Shown piece after piece: positions 48,630 through 59,060 of a DNA stretch of 64,000 nt. The DNA lies in NCBI GenBank assembly GCA_002793915.1, contig PFEF01000005.1:7571-71570 (forward strand). The letters run 5' to 3'. The stretch is from Candidatus Ryanbacteria bacterium CG10_big_fil_rev_8_21_14_0_10_43_42. GTDB taxonomy: Bacteria; Patescibacteriota; Minisyncoccia; Ryanbacterales; 2-02-FULL-48-12. A program made the position numbers and the translations under genes. Within the stretch, counting starts at the first letter, position 1, and every line of letters begins with the position of its first letter. The notes under the pieces are model-generated. The model worked only from the letters and a program-made list of their open reading frames with translations, was not told where the DNA came from and ran no database searches.

Positions 48630-49343
48630 ATGTTTGACGTATCTCTTTTTGTGGCGTTTGGTGCCGGTATTGTGTCGTTTCTTTCCCCTTGCGTGCTTCC
48701 CATTGTACCGGGATTTTTGGCTTATTTGGCAGGTTCTTCACTCGACACAGCGGATACAACTGGGCGCCGTGAAATTTTTATAAACAGCATATTTTTTGTT
48801 TTGGGGTTTTCCGTTATATTTGCTGTTTTAGGGGTAATACTAAATGGTTTTTTGCAGGCGGCAGCATATACACTGCAGGAATGGCTTTCCCGTGTAGGAG
48901 GTGCTGTTATTATTATGTTCGGCCTTTACCTTACCGGTCTTATATCCTTACCATTTCTTGAAAAATCTCATACAGTACGCGTAACAAAAACATTTCAATC
49001 GCGCTATGTAACATCCTTTGTATTTGGAACAGCATTTGCTGTAGGGTGGACACCCTGTGTAGGAGCGGCATTGGGAGTTATTCTCGGTCTAGCGGCGACT
49101 AACCCGGGAACGGCACTGTATCTTTTGTTTTCTTATGCGTTAGGGTTGGGATTGCCGTTTTTGTTGGTAGGATTTTTTGCGGCGCAAGCGGCAGGTGTTA
49201 TAAATCGGTATGCGGAAAAATTGCATTATATAACAGTTGTATTCGGCGGTATTCTTATTATTCTTGGTATTTTGGTATTTACACAGAGTCTTTCCCAGAT
49301 AGCCAATTTTGAACTTTTAAATAGATGGCTTTTACGGGAATAG
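48630..49343 (+). CDS. ccdA: cytochrome c-type biogenesis / thiol-disulfide transporter CcdA (DsbD core)
   Basis: 237 aa with 6 TM helices. LSPCVLPIVPGFLAY, plus a second Cys in GWTPCVGAALG. Confidence 0.85.
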   Translation: MFDVSLFVAFGAGIVSFLSPCVLPIVPGFLAYLAGSSLDTADTTGRREIFINSIFFVLGFSVIFAVLGVILNGFLQAAAYTLQEWLSRVGGAVIIMFGLYLTGLISLPFLEKSHTVRVTKTFQSRYVTSFVFGTAFAVGWTPCVGAALGVILGLAATNPGTALYLLFSYALGLGLPFLLVGFFAAQAAGVINRYAEKLHYITVVFGGILIILGILVFTQSLSQIANFELLNRWLLRE

Positions 49344-49374
49344 AAGTCATATATTATAAAAAATCGATAGATTC

Positions 49375-50514
49375 ATGAAACGAAAAAGCATTATAAGTAT
49401 ATTGGTTGTGGGCGCTATTATGGGCGTCATTATATTTTTGGAGTCTGGTAAAGTTGATATGGTAAAAATTCAGGATGGTCTGGGCGATCTTAATATATCA
49501 TTATTTGGCACGGACGATGATTCCTCACAGGACCGTATTCAGAAAAAACAGGAACAATATGAATTTGCAAAAGAAATTTCTACGCCTGACGGATTTATAA
49601 ATACGGATGGCAGTACAATTGAAGAGCTTATAGGAGAGAAAATTATCCTGGTTGATTTTTGGACCTATTCCTGTATTAATTGTCAGCGTACAATTCCTTA
49701 TCTTAACTCATGGCATGAAAAATATGCCGACGAAGGATTGGTCATTCTCGGTATTCATACGCCGGAATTTGAATTCGAAAAAGAATATGCAAATGTAAAA
49801 CGTGCGGTAGAACAATTTGGTATTATGTATCCGGTCATTCTTGATAATGATTTTTCTACCTGGCAATCGTACAAAAACCGCTACTGGCCGCGAAAATATC
49901 TTATTGATATAGATGGCTTTATTGTATACGATCACATTGGAGAAGGTGGATACAATGAGACGGAAGAAAAGATAGTAGAACTCTTAAATGAGCGGCGGGG
50001 CGTATTGGGAGAACAGGGGAATGTTTCCATAAATACCGCCTCTCCCGTAGGCGTTGAAAGCATTACGGACGTTCGCACACCGGAGACATATTTGGGTGCA
50101 AAACGGGTGGAATATTTGGCAAACCTCCCGTCGGAAAAATGCATAAGCATGTCATGTACGTATGAGGTCCGAGGGGAGATAGAACAAAATACATTTCAGC
50201 TACAGGGCGTATGGCAATTACGTCCCGAGGAATCTACGCTTATTTCCGGAGAAGGATCTTTATTTCTTCATTTCTTTGCCGGCAAGGTAAATGTGGTGGC
50301 GGGATCTGAAACTCCTGTTGAGGCCGAATTATATCTCGATGGAAAACGCGTTGAGGATGAATTTGCCGGTGCGCATGTAAAAAATGGATCTGTCATATTC
50401 CAAAATCACGATCTTTATAATCTTATCGATCTTAAGGGAGATGCCGGTGCTCATATTCTTGAAATCCGCGTGAAAAAATCAGGACTTTCCGCGTTTGCTT
50501 TTACGTTTGGATAA
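49375..50514 (+). CDS. TlpA/ResA-like thioredoxin-fold protein with C-terminal extension
   Basis: 379 aa. TM anchor, then ILVDFWTYSCINCQRTIP (CxxC) ...YPV..D.....W..Y....WP..YLID..G, then a ~150-aa extra domain. Confidence 0.7.
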   Translation: MKRKSIISILVVGAIMGVIIFLESGKVDMVKIQDGLGDLNISLFGTDDDSSQDRIQKKQEQYEFAKEISTPDGFINTDGSTIEELIGEKIILVDFWTYSCINCQRTIPYLNSWHEKYADEGLVILGIHTPEFEFEKEYANVKRAVEQFGIMYPVILDNDFSTWQSYKNRYWPRKYLIDIDGFIVYDHIGEGGYNETEEKIVELLNERRGVLGEQGNVSINTASPVGVESITDVRTPETYLGAKRVEYLANLPSEKCISMSCTYEVRGEIEQNTFQLQGVWQLRPEESTLISGEGSLFLHFFAGKVNVVAGSETPVEAELYLDGKRVEDEFAGAHVKNGSVIFQNHDLYNLIDLKGDAGAHILEIRVKKSGLSAFAFTFG

Positions 50515-50524
50515 GCCGTATATT

Positions 50525-51295
50525 ATGAAATTAGTATCTTGGAATGTAAATGGTCTTCGAGCCGTGCATAAACGGGAAGAATTTTTGCCGTTTTTAAGCG
50601 CGATAAAACCGAACATACTCTGTTTGCAGGAAACAAAGGCGCATCCTGATCAATTGCCAAAGGAGCTCACGGAAATTCCCGGGTATTATGCTTACTTTGC
50701 ATCTTCTGAGGTAAAAAAAGGATATAGCGGAGTAGCTTTATATACAAAACGAGAGCCAAAACGTATAAATACAAAGTTGGGAATTTCCAAATTTGACGAA
50801 GAAGGACGTATGATAGAAGTGGAATATGACGACTTTATGTTGTTCACGGTATATTTTCCGAATGGCGGCCAGGGTTCGCACCGGATCGAATACAAACTTG
50901 AGTTCTATGATGCATTTCTTTCATACATAGAAAAATTACGGAAGAAAGGGAAAAATATTATTTTCTGTGGGGATGTAAATACGGCGCATGAAGCAATTGA
51001 TTTGGCGCGCCCGAAAGAAAACGAAAAAAATACCGGCTTTCTGCCAGAGGAACGCGCCTGGTTGGATGAGCTTGCGGCGCAGGGATACATTGATACATAT
51101 CGGCATTTTAATCCGGAAAAGACGGGGGCGTACACGTATTGGGATATGAAAACATTTGCTCGCGACCGCAATGTTGGCTGGCGGATCGATTATTTTTTTA
51201 CCCATGCCACCTATATGAAGAATGTAAAAAAAGCAGATATCCTCGCAAATATCTACGGCTCGGACCACTGTCCGGTGACATTAGAGCTTATATAA
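50525..51295 (+). CDS. xth: exodeoxyribonuclease III
   Basis: 256 aa. [27 protein letters not shown]. Confidence 0.9.
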   Translation: MKLVSWNVNGLRAVHKREEFLPFLSAIKPNILCLQETKAHPDQLPKELTEIPGYYAYFASSEVKKGYSGVALYTKREPKRINTKLGISKFDEEGRMIEVEYDDFMLFTVYFPNGGQGSHRIEYKLEFYDAFLSYIEKLRKKGKNIIFCGDVNTAHEAIDLARPKENEKNTGFLPEERAWLDELAAQGYIDTYRHFNPEKTGAYTYWDMKTFARDRNVGWRIDYFFTHATYMKNVKKADILANIYGSDHCPVTLELI

Positions 51296-51410
51296 TTATT
51301 TTTTCTTTGTCATACATTTAAAAAGATATAATTTTGCATGTTATGGTGTTGGGGAGGTGATTTTTTGGAATCGCCTTTTTTATTTTCCTCATACGCGATA
51401 TATTTTATAT

Positions 51411-51893
51411 ATGAAAAATAATTTAAAAATAGCCACTTTCGGCGCGGGATGCTTTTGGGGTGTGGAGGCGGCATTTCGGAAAATAAAAGGTATAGAGGAT
51501 ACGGCTGTGGGATATATGGGCGGGAAGACGGAAAATCCGACATATGAGGATGTGTGCGGCAACACAACGGGACATGCCGAGGTGGTGCAAATAGAGTATG
51601 ATCCGGAGATTGTTTCTTATAAAGAGCTCTTGGACGTATTTTGGAAGATTCATAACCCCACAACGATGAATCGCCAGGGACCGGATATCGGTTCGCAGTA
51701 TCGATCGGTCATCTTTTTTCATACGCCGGAACAGGAAGCTATGGCGTGCGCATCAAAGCATGCACTTAGCGAATCTCATGCGTATGACGATCCGGTTGTA
51801 ACGGAGGTTGTGCCTGCGGACGTATTTTATAGGGCAGAGGAATACCATCAGCGTTATTTTGAAAAAAATGGCGGAGGAACGTGCCATATATAA
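51411..51893 (+). CDS. msrA: peptide methionine sulfoxide reductase MsrA
   Basis: 160 aa from ATG 51411. [15 protein letters not shown] catalytic Cys motif. HQRYFEKN is also present. Confidence 0.9.
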   Translation: MKNNLKIATFGAGCFWGVEAAFRKIKGIEDTAVGYMGGKTENPTYEDVCGNTTGHAEVVQIEYDPEIVSYKELLDVFWKIHNPTTMNRQGPDIGSQYRSVIFFHTPEQEAMACASKHALSESHAYDDPVVTEVVPADVFYRAEEYHQRYFEKNGGGTCHI

Positions 51894-51974
51894 TATGTTC
51901 CATAATGGAGTGAAAATCCGGCCTTCCCGGTTTTTTTTATGCAGTTTTTTGGATAAATAGAGTATAGTAAATAT

Positions 51975-52712
51975 ATGAAAGGAAGTATTATTTTTGGCAT
52001 AAGTATAATTTTTTTATTTACGGGAATAAAAGGTGTTCAATTCTATAAACGGTTTCGCATTAGTAAAGATCTTGTTCAGAGCGCGAAGCCGTTTTCTTAT
52101 ACAAATCCTCTTTCTTTTAAAAAAATACTGATAGTAGGTGATAGTACGGCTGTGGGCGTGGGAGTATCCGCACCTGAACAATCCATTGCCGGAAGGATCC
52201 ATAAAGATTACCCGGAAATTTCCATAGAAAATATGGCTGTAAGCGGGCAAAGACTTTCCGATACATATGCTATTTTAAAGACCGTCACCGCTTCGTATGA
52301 CCTTATTCTCATACAGAGCGGTGCTAATGATATTTTATTTTTTACCGGTAGGGAGGATACTTTTCGTAAAGCGCGTCTTATGGTTATGGAAGCGAAAAAA
52401 CACACACAAACGGTTGTTTGGCTCACGTCTGGTAATATCGGTCTGGCACCTCTTTTCCCCCGGCCAATAGGTTGGTTGTATGAAATGCGTTCTCGAAACT
52501 TTTTGCGCGAATTTCAAATAATTGCTGACGATACAGATGTTTTATTTGTTGATGTGTATACGACAAAAGAACATGATGTATTCGGTAGGGATGTGGAAAG
52601 ATATTATGCGGCGGATACCCTGCATCTTTCCGGTGAAGGGTATGCCGTGTGGTATAATAGCATCATAGAAACATTGCGGGAATCAAACACTTTGCATGTT
52701 CTTGGGGAATAA
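51975..52712 (+). CDS. SGNH/GDSL-family hydrolase
   Basis: 245 aa. N-terminal TM; KILIVGDSTAVGVG (GDS block I), GAND block III, and a DxxH-like region near the C-terminus. Confidence 0.7.
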   Translation: MKGSIIFGISIIFLFTGIKGVQFYKRFRISKDLVQSAKPFSYTNPLSFKKILIVGDSTAVGVGVSAPEQSIAGRIHKDYPEISIENMAVSGQRLSDTYAILKTVTASYDLILIQSGANDILFFTGREDTFRKARLMVMEAKKHTQTVVWLTSGNIGLAPLFPRPIGWLYEMRSRNFLREFQIIADDTDVLFVDVYTTKEHDVFGRDVERYYAADTLHLSGEGYAVWYNSIIETLRESNTLHVLGE

Positions 52713-52735
52713 GTAGTTATAAGGCAATAACACAT

Positions 52736-53116
52736 ATGAGTATGTATCTTTTCGCTCGATGGTTTATAAATGCATTCGCCATTATGGCGGTGGCATACCT
52801 TCTTCCGGGCATTGAAATTTCGGGGATCTATATAGGACTTATAGTGTCTCTTATAATAGGTCTTTTAAATGCAGTAATACGTCCTATACTGGTTCTTCTT
52901 ACTCTCCCTATAACCATTATAACGTTGGGATTTTTTATATTGGTCATAAACGGACTTCTTTTTTGGCTTACAGCAAGTTTCATAGATGGTTTTACTGTTC
53001 ATGGATTTGTCCCTGCTGTTATAGGCTCACTACTTTTATCGGTCATTAGTTGGATGGGCAATAGAATTCTATTAGACATAAAGGACGATGGTAAAAAAGA
53101 CAATAAAATGTACTAA
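52736..53116 (+). CDS. 4-TM 'phage holin family IV'-like membrane protein (PF04020-like)
   Basis: 126 aa. W.INA.AI..VA.LLPGI.I.G....L.V.L.IGLLNAV.RP.L..LTLP.TIITLG.F.LVINGL.FWL.A matches the family pattern. Confidence 0.55.
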   Translation: MSMYLFARWFINAFAIMAVAYLLPGIEISGIYIGLIVSLIIGLLNAVIRPILVLLTLPITIITLGFFILVINGLLFWLTASFIDGFTVHGFVPAVIGSLLLSVISWMGNRILLDIKDDGKKDNKMY

Positions 53117-53175
53117 AGTGTCTTTATAAGTCTTATAGATTTGACATTCGGACATGAGTCTCCTAGATTGGAATT

Positions 53176-53892
53176 ATGTCCGATATACAACAACGTTCTC
53201 TTTCTGAATTTTCTCTATCGCTCACATCCGCTCTTTATCGTGTTACTGATTTGTTAGCGGAAGAAGAACCTCTTCGCGAAGCACTTCGCAGGCATGGAAT
53301 GCATATTCTTGAACTCGCGTCAGCCATTGAGACAATTGAGGAGTTTGGTAAAAAATTAAAATCTATCGAATATATCTTACAATCTATATCTTCCATGAAA
53401 AACGCCCTCGCTGTAGCAAAAGAGGGAGGATATGTATCGAGAATAAATTTTACCGTACTTTTTGATGAATACGGACGATTGGAAACATATATAACCAAAC
53501 TTCGCATGCCCTTTTTACAAATGACTACAGGAGCCGAGAACACTGATATATCGGACAATATATTAAAGGACATAAAAGACAAATTTAATAAGGAACAATC
53601 TTCCGCTTCCGATCAGTATGGCAAAGATGAACCGTCTTACGAATCCTCCAAGCATACGCGTAAGAATTCCCGTGTTCCGTCGTCATCTATTAACGAACGG
53701 CATGAACGCATATTATTGTTTTTGCGGGAACAGGGATCGTGGATGAGTGTTTCGGATATAGCGGTACTTTATGGAGAAGGTGTGAGCGCAAAAACCATTC
53801 AGCGTGACCTTAATGATCTTCTTTCTCGGGGATTAATCATAGCTGAAGGGGAGCGAAGATGGCGTCGATATGCTATTATCCGGGAAACATAA
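53176..53892 (+). CDS. hypothetical protein with C-terminal winged-helix (DeoR-like) DNA-binding domain
   Basis: 238 aa. The C-terminal ~60 aa, ERILLFLREQGSWMSVSDIAVLYGEGVSAKTIQRDLNDLLSRGLI, are HTH-like. Confidence 0.45.
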   Translation: MSDIQQRSLSEFSLSLTSALYRVTDLLAEEEPLREALRRHGMHILELASAIETIEEFGKKLKSIEYILQSISSMKNALAVAKEGGYVSRINFTVLFDEYGRLETYITKLRMPFLQMTTGAENTDISDNILKDIKDKFNKEQSSASDQYGKDEPSYESSKHTRKNSRVPSSSINERHERILLFLREQGSWMSVSDIAVLYGEGVSAKTIQRDLNDLLSRGLIIAEGERRWRRYAIIRET

Positions 53893-54417
53893 TAGGGAGT
53901 CTGTATAAGCTAATGTGGCATTGACGAAAGGGGCGATATTTCGTATACTGTACAGGATCCGCGAATTGTTTCTTGACTTGTCTTATCCACAGTTTTTAGG
54001 GCAAGTTCCTTTGGAAATAGAGGAAATTATTCTTATAATGGGTGTACCTTTCGCGTAAGCGATGTTGCGGTGAGCGGAATGTAGCGCTTTTTGTTTCTTT
54101 ACTATCCGTCTATACAATATATTAGCTTGAATGATGGTGGCATATTTTCACTTGAAATATATGTACATGTCGGTATCATTCAGGTCGATATGTTAGTCCG
54201 GAGAATGTAATCCGGTTCTGCAAGACTGAACATTAACAAATGAATAGTGAGCAAAAAGACGGCACAGAAATGTGTGAAGTTTTTTCATTTGTTATTCGAC
54301 AGAGTTATTTCACAAGTCGATTACATTATTAGTTCGGATGTGCGTGTTGTGCGTATGGTCGGTATGTGCAACATATTACACACATCCAAAAAAACATTAC
54401 TATTAGATTTTAAGCAT

Positions 54418-57400
54418 ATGAGTAGATATCAGAAGATGGTGCGAAAAGCCACTTCCGTATTTGTGAGCTTGACGACGACTATCTGGCTTGCCGGATTCGG
54501 TACACTTGTACCTTTTGCCGCTAACGCGCAATCGGTAGCGGATTTGCAGGCGCAGATTAACGCTCTCTTGGCGCAGATTACGGCGCTTCAAGCGCAGTTA
54601 GCAGCTGGCGGCGGATCAGTTTCCACCGGCGCTGTATCGTGTAACTTTACACGAAGTCTTACAATCGGAGTGCAGGGCGAAGATGTTCGTTGCTTACAGC
54701 AATACCTTAATGGCGCAGGCCACACGCTTGCTTCCAGCGGCGCTGGATCACCGGGAAGCGAGACCACATACTTCGGTCCCATTACCCGCGCGGCAGTATC
54801 AAGTTGGCAGGCGGCAAATGGCGTGAGTCCAACGGCAGGATATTTCGGTCCTATTTCGATGGCGAAATATAATGCGTTAATTGCGGCCATTCCTCCGGTA
54901 ACGGGTGGTGGTACCGGAACAGGCACGGGCACCGGAACAGGCACGGGCACAGGTACTACCGGAACGGGTATTACGGTAGGATCAGCATCCCAGCCGGCGG
55001 CAACGCTTGCGGTACAAAATGCTATCCACGTTCCATTTACCTCGTTTACCTTAACGGCATCGTCCGACGGTAACGTATTGGTAGATTCCATAACGGTGGA
55101 ACGAACGGGCTTGGCAAATGATGCCGCGTTTGCAGGAGTGGTTCTCTTAGATGAGAACATGATGCAAATTACGCAGAATCCAAAAACATTTAATTCTAAT
55201 CATCAGGCAATCTTGACCGATGATTTCACGGTTCCCGCCGGACAGACCAAGCGGTTTTATCTCGCAGGTAATATGGCGGCAAGTCTTACGGCATACGCAG
55301 GACAGGTGGCAAACCTTCGCTTGGTAGCGGTAAATTCAACCGCGCAGGTGAATGGCGCACTTCCTATAGAAGGAACGGGACACACTATCAACGCTTCCCT
55401 TTCCGTAGGTTCGGTAACGCTTACCCGCGGTACGAACGATCCAAATACGGGCGTTACGAAAGAAGTGGGAACAACGGGCTATACGTTTTCTTCCATAAAG
55501 GCAACAGCCGGATCCGCGGAAGATATGCTGGTCAAGTCCATTCGATGGAACCAGTCCGGATCAGCCTCCAAGGATGATTTGGAAAACGTTATAGTAGTTG
55601 ATACAAAAACAGGAAATGAATATACGCCGACGGTTTCTTCCGATGGCAAATACTACTCTGCCGATTTTGGTAGCGGTATTTCTATCAAGAAGGGAGAAAA
55701 TACGGAAGTATATATCAAGGGAGACATTAAGTCGGGTTCCGGTCGTACGGTAGACTTCGACTTATACCGCTATGATGACTTTGTATTCGAAGGTAAGACC
55801 TTTGGTTACAAGATTAAACCATCTTCAACCGAAACATCGGCTGACAACGATGACGACTCCGAATTCCAGGATTCACAACCACGTTATGATGCAAGTCAGG
55901 TTGAAATCGGCACGGGAAGTCTTCGCGTTGAGAAATCAAATGACGTGCAGGCAAGTAACGTTGCAAACGGTGCCGACGGCGTAGAACTTGGTTCGTTCAA
56001 GTTTGATGTAGACGGCGAGGCAATTAGCTTCACGCAGTGGGTTCTTACGATCGCAACAACCGATGCCGACAGTGGTGGTGAGAACAGTGTTCTTACCAAC
56101 ATCACGGTATACGACTCAAACGGTAATGCTGTAGCTGGCCCTACTGATCCAAATTCAGCAGGAAGCGCAGTAACCATTACCGATTCCATAACGGTACCGG
56201 TGGGTGATAATATCTACACGGTGCGCGGTGACTTAAATAACAACTGGCAAAACAACGATACGATTATTGTTTCCTTTACCCCATCTAGCGCATTATCGCA
56301 GGTAACGGGTGATACAACAGGAAACACTATCACTCCAACGCCTTCCACGGCTGTTTCGGCAAACGTGCAGACAATTAAGGCGGGAGGTCTTGTTGTAACG
56401 CCTTCAACTTCGCTCGCAAGCCAGACCCTTATCGAAGGATCAAATGGCGTTGAGCTCGGACGATTCGTTCTTGATGGAACCGCTTCCGGTGAAGACATTA
56501 AGATTACGGTCGTGAAGATTCTTGGTGATGTAACAGGTGCAGACATCAACGATTTCGTAAGTTTGCAATTGTTTGACGGCACAACGGCTTTGAACACCGG
56601 TTCAAATGTTCTCCAGCCGGCGGCAACTGCGGATGGCACCGACCTCGTCCTCTCCTTCACACTTGATTCTCCGGGACTTATTATTCCAAAGGGAAGCACA
56701 AAGATTATTTCCCTGAAGGGTAATATTACCACCGCGGCAAACGATGGCGATCAGGCCAAATTTGACTTCTCGGCAAGCGTTTCCGATGGTGACTGGGGTA
56801 CATCCGGTGTAGATTCCGGGCAGGATATTGTCGAAACCTTCTCAACGGCGGCAGGTGCAACAATCACCACGCAATCAGGTGGCGGTTGGAGCGTTTCAGC
56901 GGCACCTTCCAAGCCAACAGAGAAATGGGTAACGGCGGGAGCAACGGGTGTAACATTGAACGTACTTCGTTTCAACTCAACGTCTGAAGAATTTGCTCTT
57001 ACCGATCTTCGCTTACAGATCGACACAACGGGTTCATCTACGGGTGCCGACTTCACGAAGATCTATCTCTATGATGGAAGTACGCTCTTGCAGTCCAAGA
57101 CACCTGCCTTTACGAATGGCGTAGAAGACTTTACTTTCCCAACAACGGGAACAGGGGCCTTTGTTATTCCGAAAGATGATTTCAACGAGCTTACTATCAA
57201 GGCTGATCTCGCAACCATTGGCGCATCCCAGCCAGGTACGGCAGGACAGCTTGTGGGTGTTGATTACGATGGTGCTAATTCAACAAAGAATAAGGCACAG
57301 GGTAAGGCATCCGGAACAAGTAAGCATTCCAGTACGGCATCTGACGTAACCGGAAACGGTGTTGTCTACTTCCGTTCGGTACCAACCATTGAACGGGTAA

Positions 57401-58053
57401 GTCTTCCACAAACAACGCTTACATCTGGTAATCATGTGCTTTATCGGTTCAAGATAACGGCAGACCCAGCATATGATGTTGCATTGCATAAAGTAGCCTT
57501 TAGTGTTGCAACAACCGGTCCGGCAACTATGGCTTTCTCCGGTTCTCCAGCAAACTTCACGCTTTGGAACACAACTGATAACAAGAGAGTATCAGCGGCG
57601 ACAGGTACAACAAATGCGATCTATGACGACATTAACTACTACAATGCAAACAGTCAGTTAATTGTTCGTATTCTCGCAGATACCACCGATTATTCCAGCG
57701 CATGGGTAACTATTCCGGCAGGTCAGACACATACCTTTGATCTTCGCGCGGATATTATCAGTGATGGTTCTGGTGATTCGGTGTCTACGAAACTCCTTGG
57801 TGATGATGCGCGGGACCCAAGACTTTCGTTAACGGGATCGGCTGCCGTTACCATGCAGACTGTTGCTGCGATAGACGATGGTCATAATGCGGGTGGAACC
57901 TCGAACGTTGCTTCCAGTTCCAACTTCATATGGTCAGACTTCTCTACTGACGCAACGACGACGCATGCTATAACCACGCATGACTGGATGAACGGCTTCA
58001 AAGTGCCGGGACTCCTCTCAACGGGTCTTGACTCATCGACATTGTCGAACTAG
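54418..58053 (+). CDS. large cell-surface protein (signal anchor, coiled coil, PG_binding_1-like domain, (GT)n linker, ~1000-aa Ser/Thr/Gly-rich beta region)
   Basis: 1212 aa from ATG 54418. SVADLQAQINALLAQITALQAQL coiled coil; CLQQYLN...YFGPITRAAVSSWQAANGV PG-binding-like; GTGTGTGTGTGTGTTGTG linker; no Cys thereafter. Confidence 0.7.
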   Translation: MSRYQKMVRKATSVFVSLTTTIWLAGFGTLVPFAANAQSVADLQAQINALLAQITALQAQLAAGGGSVSTGAVSCNFTRSLTIGVQGEDVRCLQQYLNGAGHTLASSGAGSPGSETTYFGPITRAAVSSWQAANGVSPTAGYFGPISMAKYNALIAAIPPVTGGGTGTGTGTGTGTGTGTTGTGITVGSASQPAATLAVQNAIHVPFTSFTLTASSDGNVLVDSITVERTGLANDAAFAGVVLLDENMMQITQNPKTFNSNHQAILTDDFTVPAGQTKRFYLAGNMAASLTAYAGQVANLRLVAVNSTAQVNGALPIEGTGHTINASLSVGSVTLTRGTNDPNTGVTKEVGTTGYTFSSIKATAGSAEDMLVKSIRWNQSGSASKDDLENVIVVDTKTGNEYTPTVSSDGKYYSADFGSGISIKKGENTEVYIKGDIKSGSGRTVDFDLYRYDDFVFEGKTFGYKIKPSSTETSADNDDDSEFQDSQPRYDASQVEIGTGSLRVEKSNDVQASNVANGADGVELGSFKFDVDGEAISFTQWVLTIATTDADSGGENSVLTNITVYDSNGNAVAGPTDPNSAGSAVTITDSITVPVGDNIYTVRGDLNNNWQNNDTIIVSFTPSSALSQVTGDTTGNTITPTPSTAVSANVQTIKAGGLVVTPSTSLASQTLIEGSNGVELGRFVLDGTASGEDIKITVVKILGDVTGADINDFVSLQLFDGTTALNTGSNVLQPAATADGTDLVLSFTLDSPGLIIPKGSTKIISLKGNITTAANDGDQAKFDFSASVSDGDWGTSGVDSGQDIVETFSTAAGATITTQSGGGWSVSAAPSKPTEKWVTAGATGVTLNVLRFNSTSEEFALTDLRLQIDTTGSSTGADFTKIYLYDGSTLLQSKTPAFTNGVEDFTFPTTGTGAFVIPKDDFNELTIKADLATIGASQPGTAGQLVGVDYDGANSTKNKAQGKASGTSKHSSTASDVTGNGVVYFRSVPTIERVSLPQTTLTSGNHVLYRFKITADPAYDVALHKVAFSVATTGPATMAFSGSPANFTLWNTTDNKRVSAATGTTNAIYDDINYYNANSQLIVRILADTTDYSSAWVTIPAGQTHTFDLRADIISDGSGDSVSTKLLGDDARDPRLSLTGSAAVTMQTVAAIDDGHNAGGTSNVASSSNFIWSDFSTDATTTHAITTHDWMNGFKVPGLLSTGLDSSTLSN

Positions 58054-58134
58054 TAGTCCCTCGATTTTACTCGGGATAAATCCTGAATCGGTCGAAGAAA
58101 AAAGTCCTAGATCCTTGTGCTAGGCAAGGTAAAA

Positions 58135-58166
58135 CCCCCTCCCGTATTGGGAGGGGGTTTTCGTTT
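58135..58166 (+). terminator. strong Rho-independent terminator
   Basis: 9-bp GC stem ccccctccc-gtatt-gggaggggg followed by TTTTCGTTT. Confidence 0.8.
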
Positions 58167-58219
58167 ATTTGGGTTTATTCATACTTTCTAATTTGTTTTT
58201 CTCGTGCTACTATATCCGC

Positions 58220-58948
58220 ATGAAAACAGAAATTAAAATTATTGGGGGCATTATTATTGCAGGACTTTTCGTCTGGGGCGGTATATTCTTTCTGGGAAAT
58301 AAAAACGCGGAAGTACCTGCTAATGGGGATGGTATATCGATGGAACTGCCACCCAAGCCATCCGGATATGATATTTTAAACAAGAATGACGTCATTATAG
58401 CAGAGATTCCGGAAGACAGGCGAGTGCAGTACGAAGATGAATTCGAAGAAACGCTTCAAACGATAACAGAACACCCTGATTCGTTCCTCGCATGGATGAA
58501 CTTGGCAACCATCAAGAATGCATTTGGGGATTATGAGGGTGCGGAAAAAGTATGGCTCTATGCAACCGAAATTTCGCCTAATCAGGGGAGATCTTTGGTG
58601 AACTTAGGTGATTTATACTGGAATAAGCTTAAGAATTATCCGCGCGCCGAATGGGCATATATAGAAGCAATTGATCGGGATCCGGTAAACGCGCGGGCAT
58701 ATCGTGATTTGGCCTCTTTGTACCAATTTTCCTATACGGAAAAAAAGGATATGGCCATTAATATACTACTGTTGGGAATAGAAAATAGTCCTGATAATGA
58801 GGTTGAATTTTTAGCGCTGGCAGGTCTTTGGGCTTGGGAAAATGGCGATATTACGGACGCTATAGGGTACTACGAGCGTTATTTGGAGTTAAATCCGGAT
58901 GACAATGTTGCGCGCGCGGATCTTGTAAAACTGCGGTCGTTGCGTTAA
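58220..58948 (+). CDS. TPR-repeat protein with N-terminal TM anchor
   Basis: 243 aa from ATG 58220. At least 4 TPR-like repeats (WMNLATIKNAFGDYEGAEKVW; YRDLASLYQF...). Confidence 0.6.
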   Translation: MKTEIKIIGGIIIAGLFVWGGIFFLGNKNAEVPANGDGISMELPPKPSGYDILNKNDVIIAEIPEDRRVQYEDEFEETLQTITEHPDSFLAWMNLATIKNAFGDYEGAEKVWLYATEISPNQGRSLVNLGDLYWNKLKNYPRAEWAYIEAIDRDPVNARAYRDLASLYQFSYTEKKDMAINILLLGIENSPDNEVEFLALAGLWAWENGDITDAIGYYERYLELNPDDNVARADLVKLRSLR

Positions 58949-58978
58949 AAATTTCTAACAATCGGAAGTATAAAAAAT

Positions 58979-59008
58979 CTGTGTACCACTTATACACAGG
59001 TTTTTTTT
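58979..59008 (+). terminator. Rho-independent terminator
   Basis: ctgtgta-ccactta-tacacag followed by T8. Confidence 0.7.
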
Positions 59009-59060
59009 GACAACTATATACCTATATGGTCTAAGAGTATACCATAAAGTGTATTACTAG

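Noticed and set aside
2630-53991. Perfect DnaA-box 9-mers TTATCCACA at 2630-2638, 46639-46647 and 53983-53991 as a possible oriC
   Set aside because: They are single isolated boxes in promoter regions. There is no cluster, no AT-rich DUE and no dnaA/dnaN nearby, so this is not an origin. They may be regulatory or chance.
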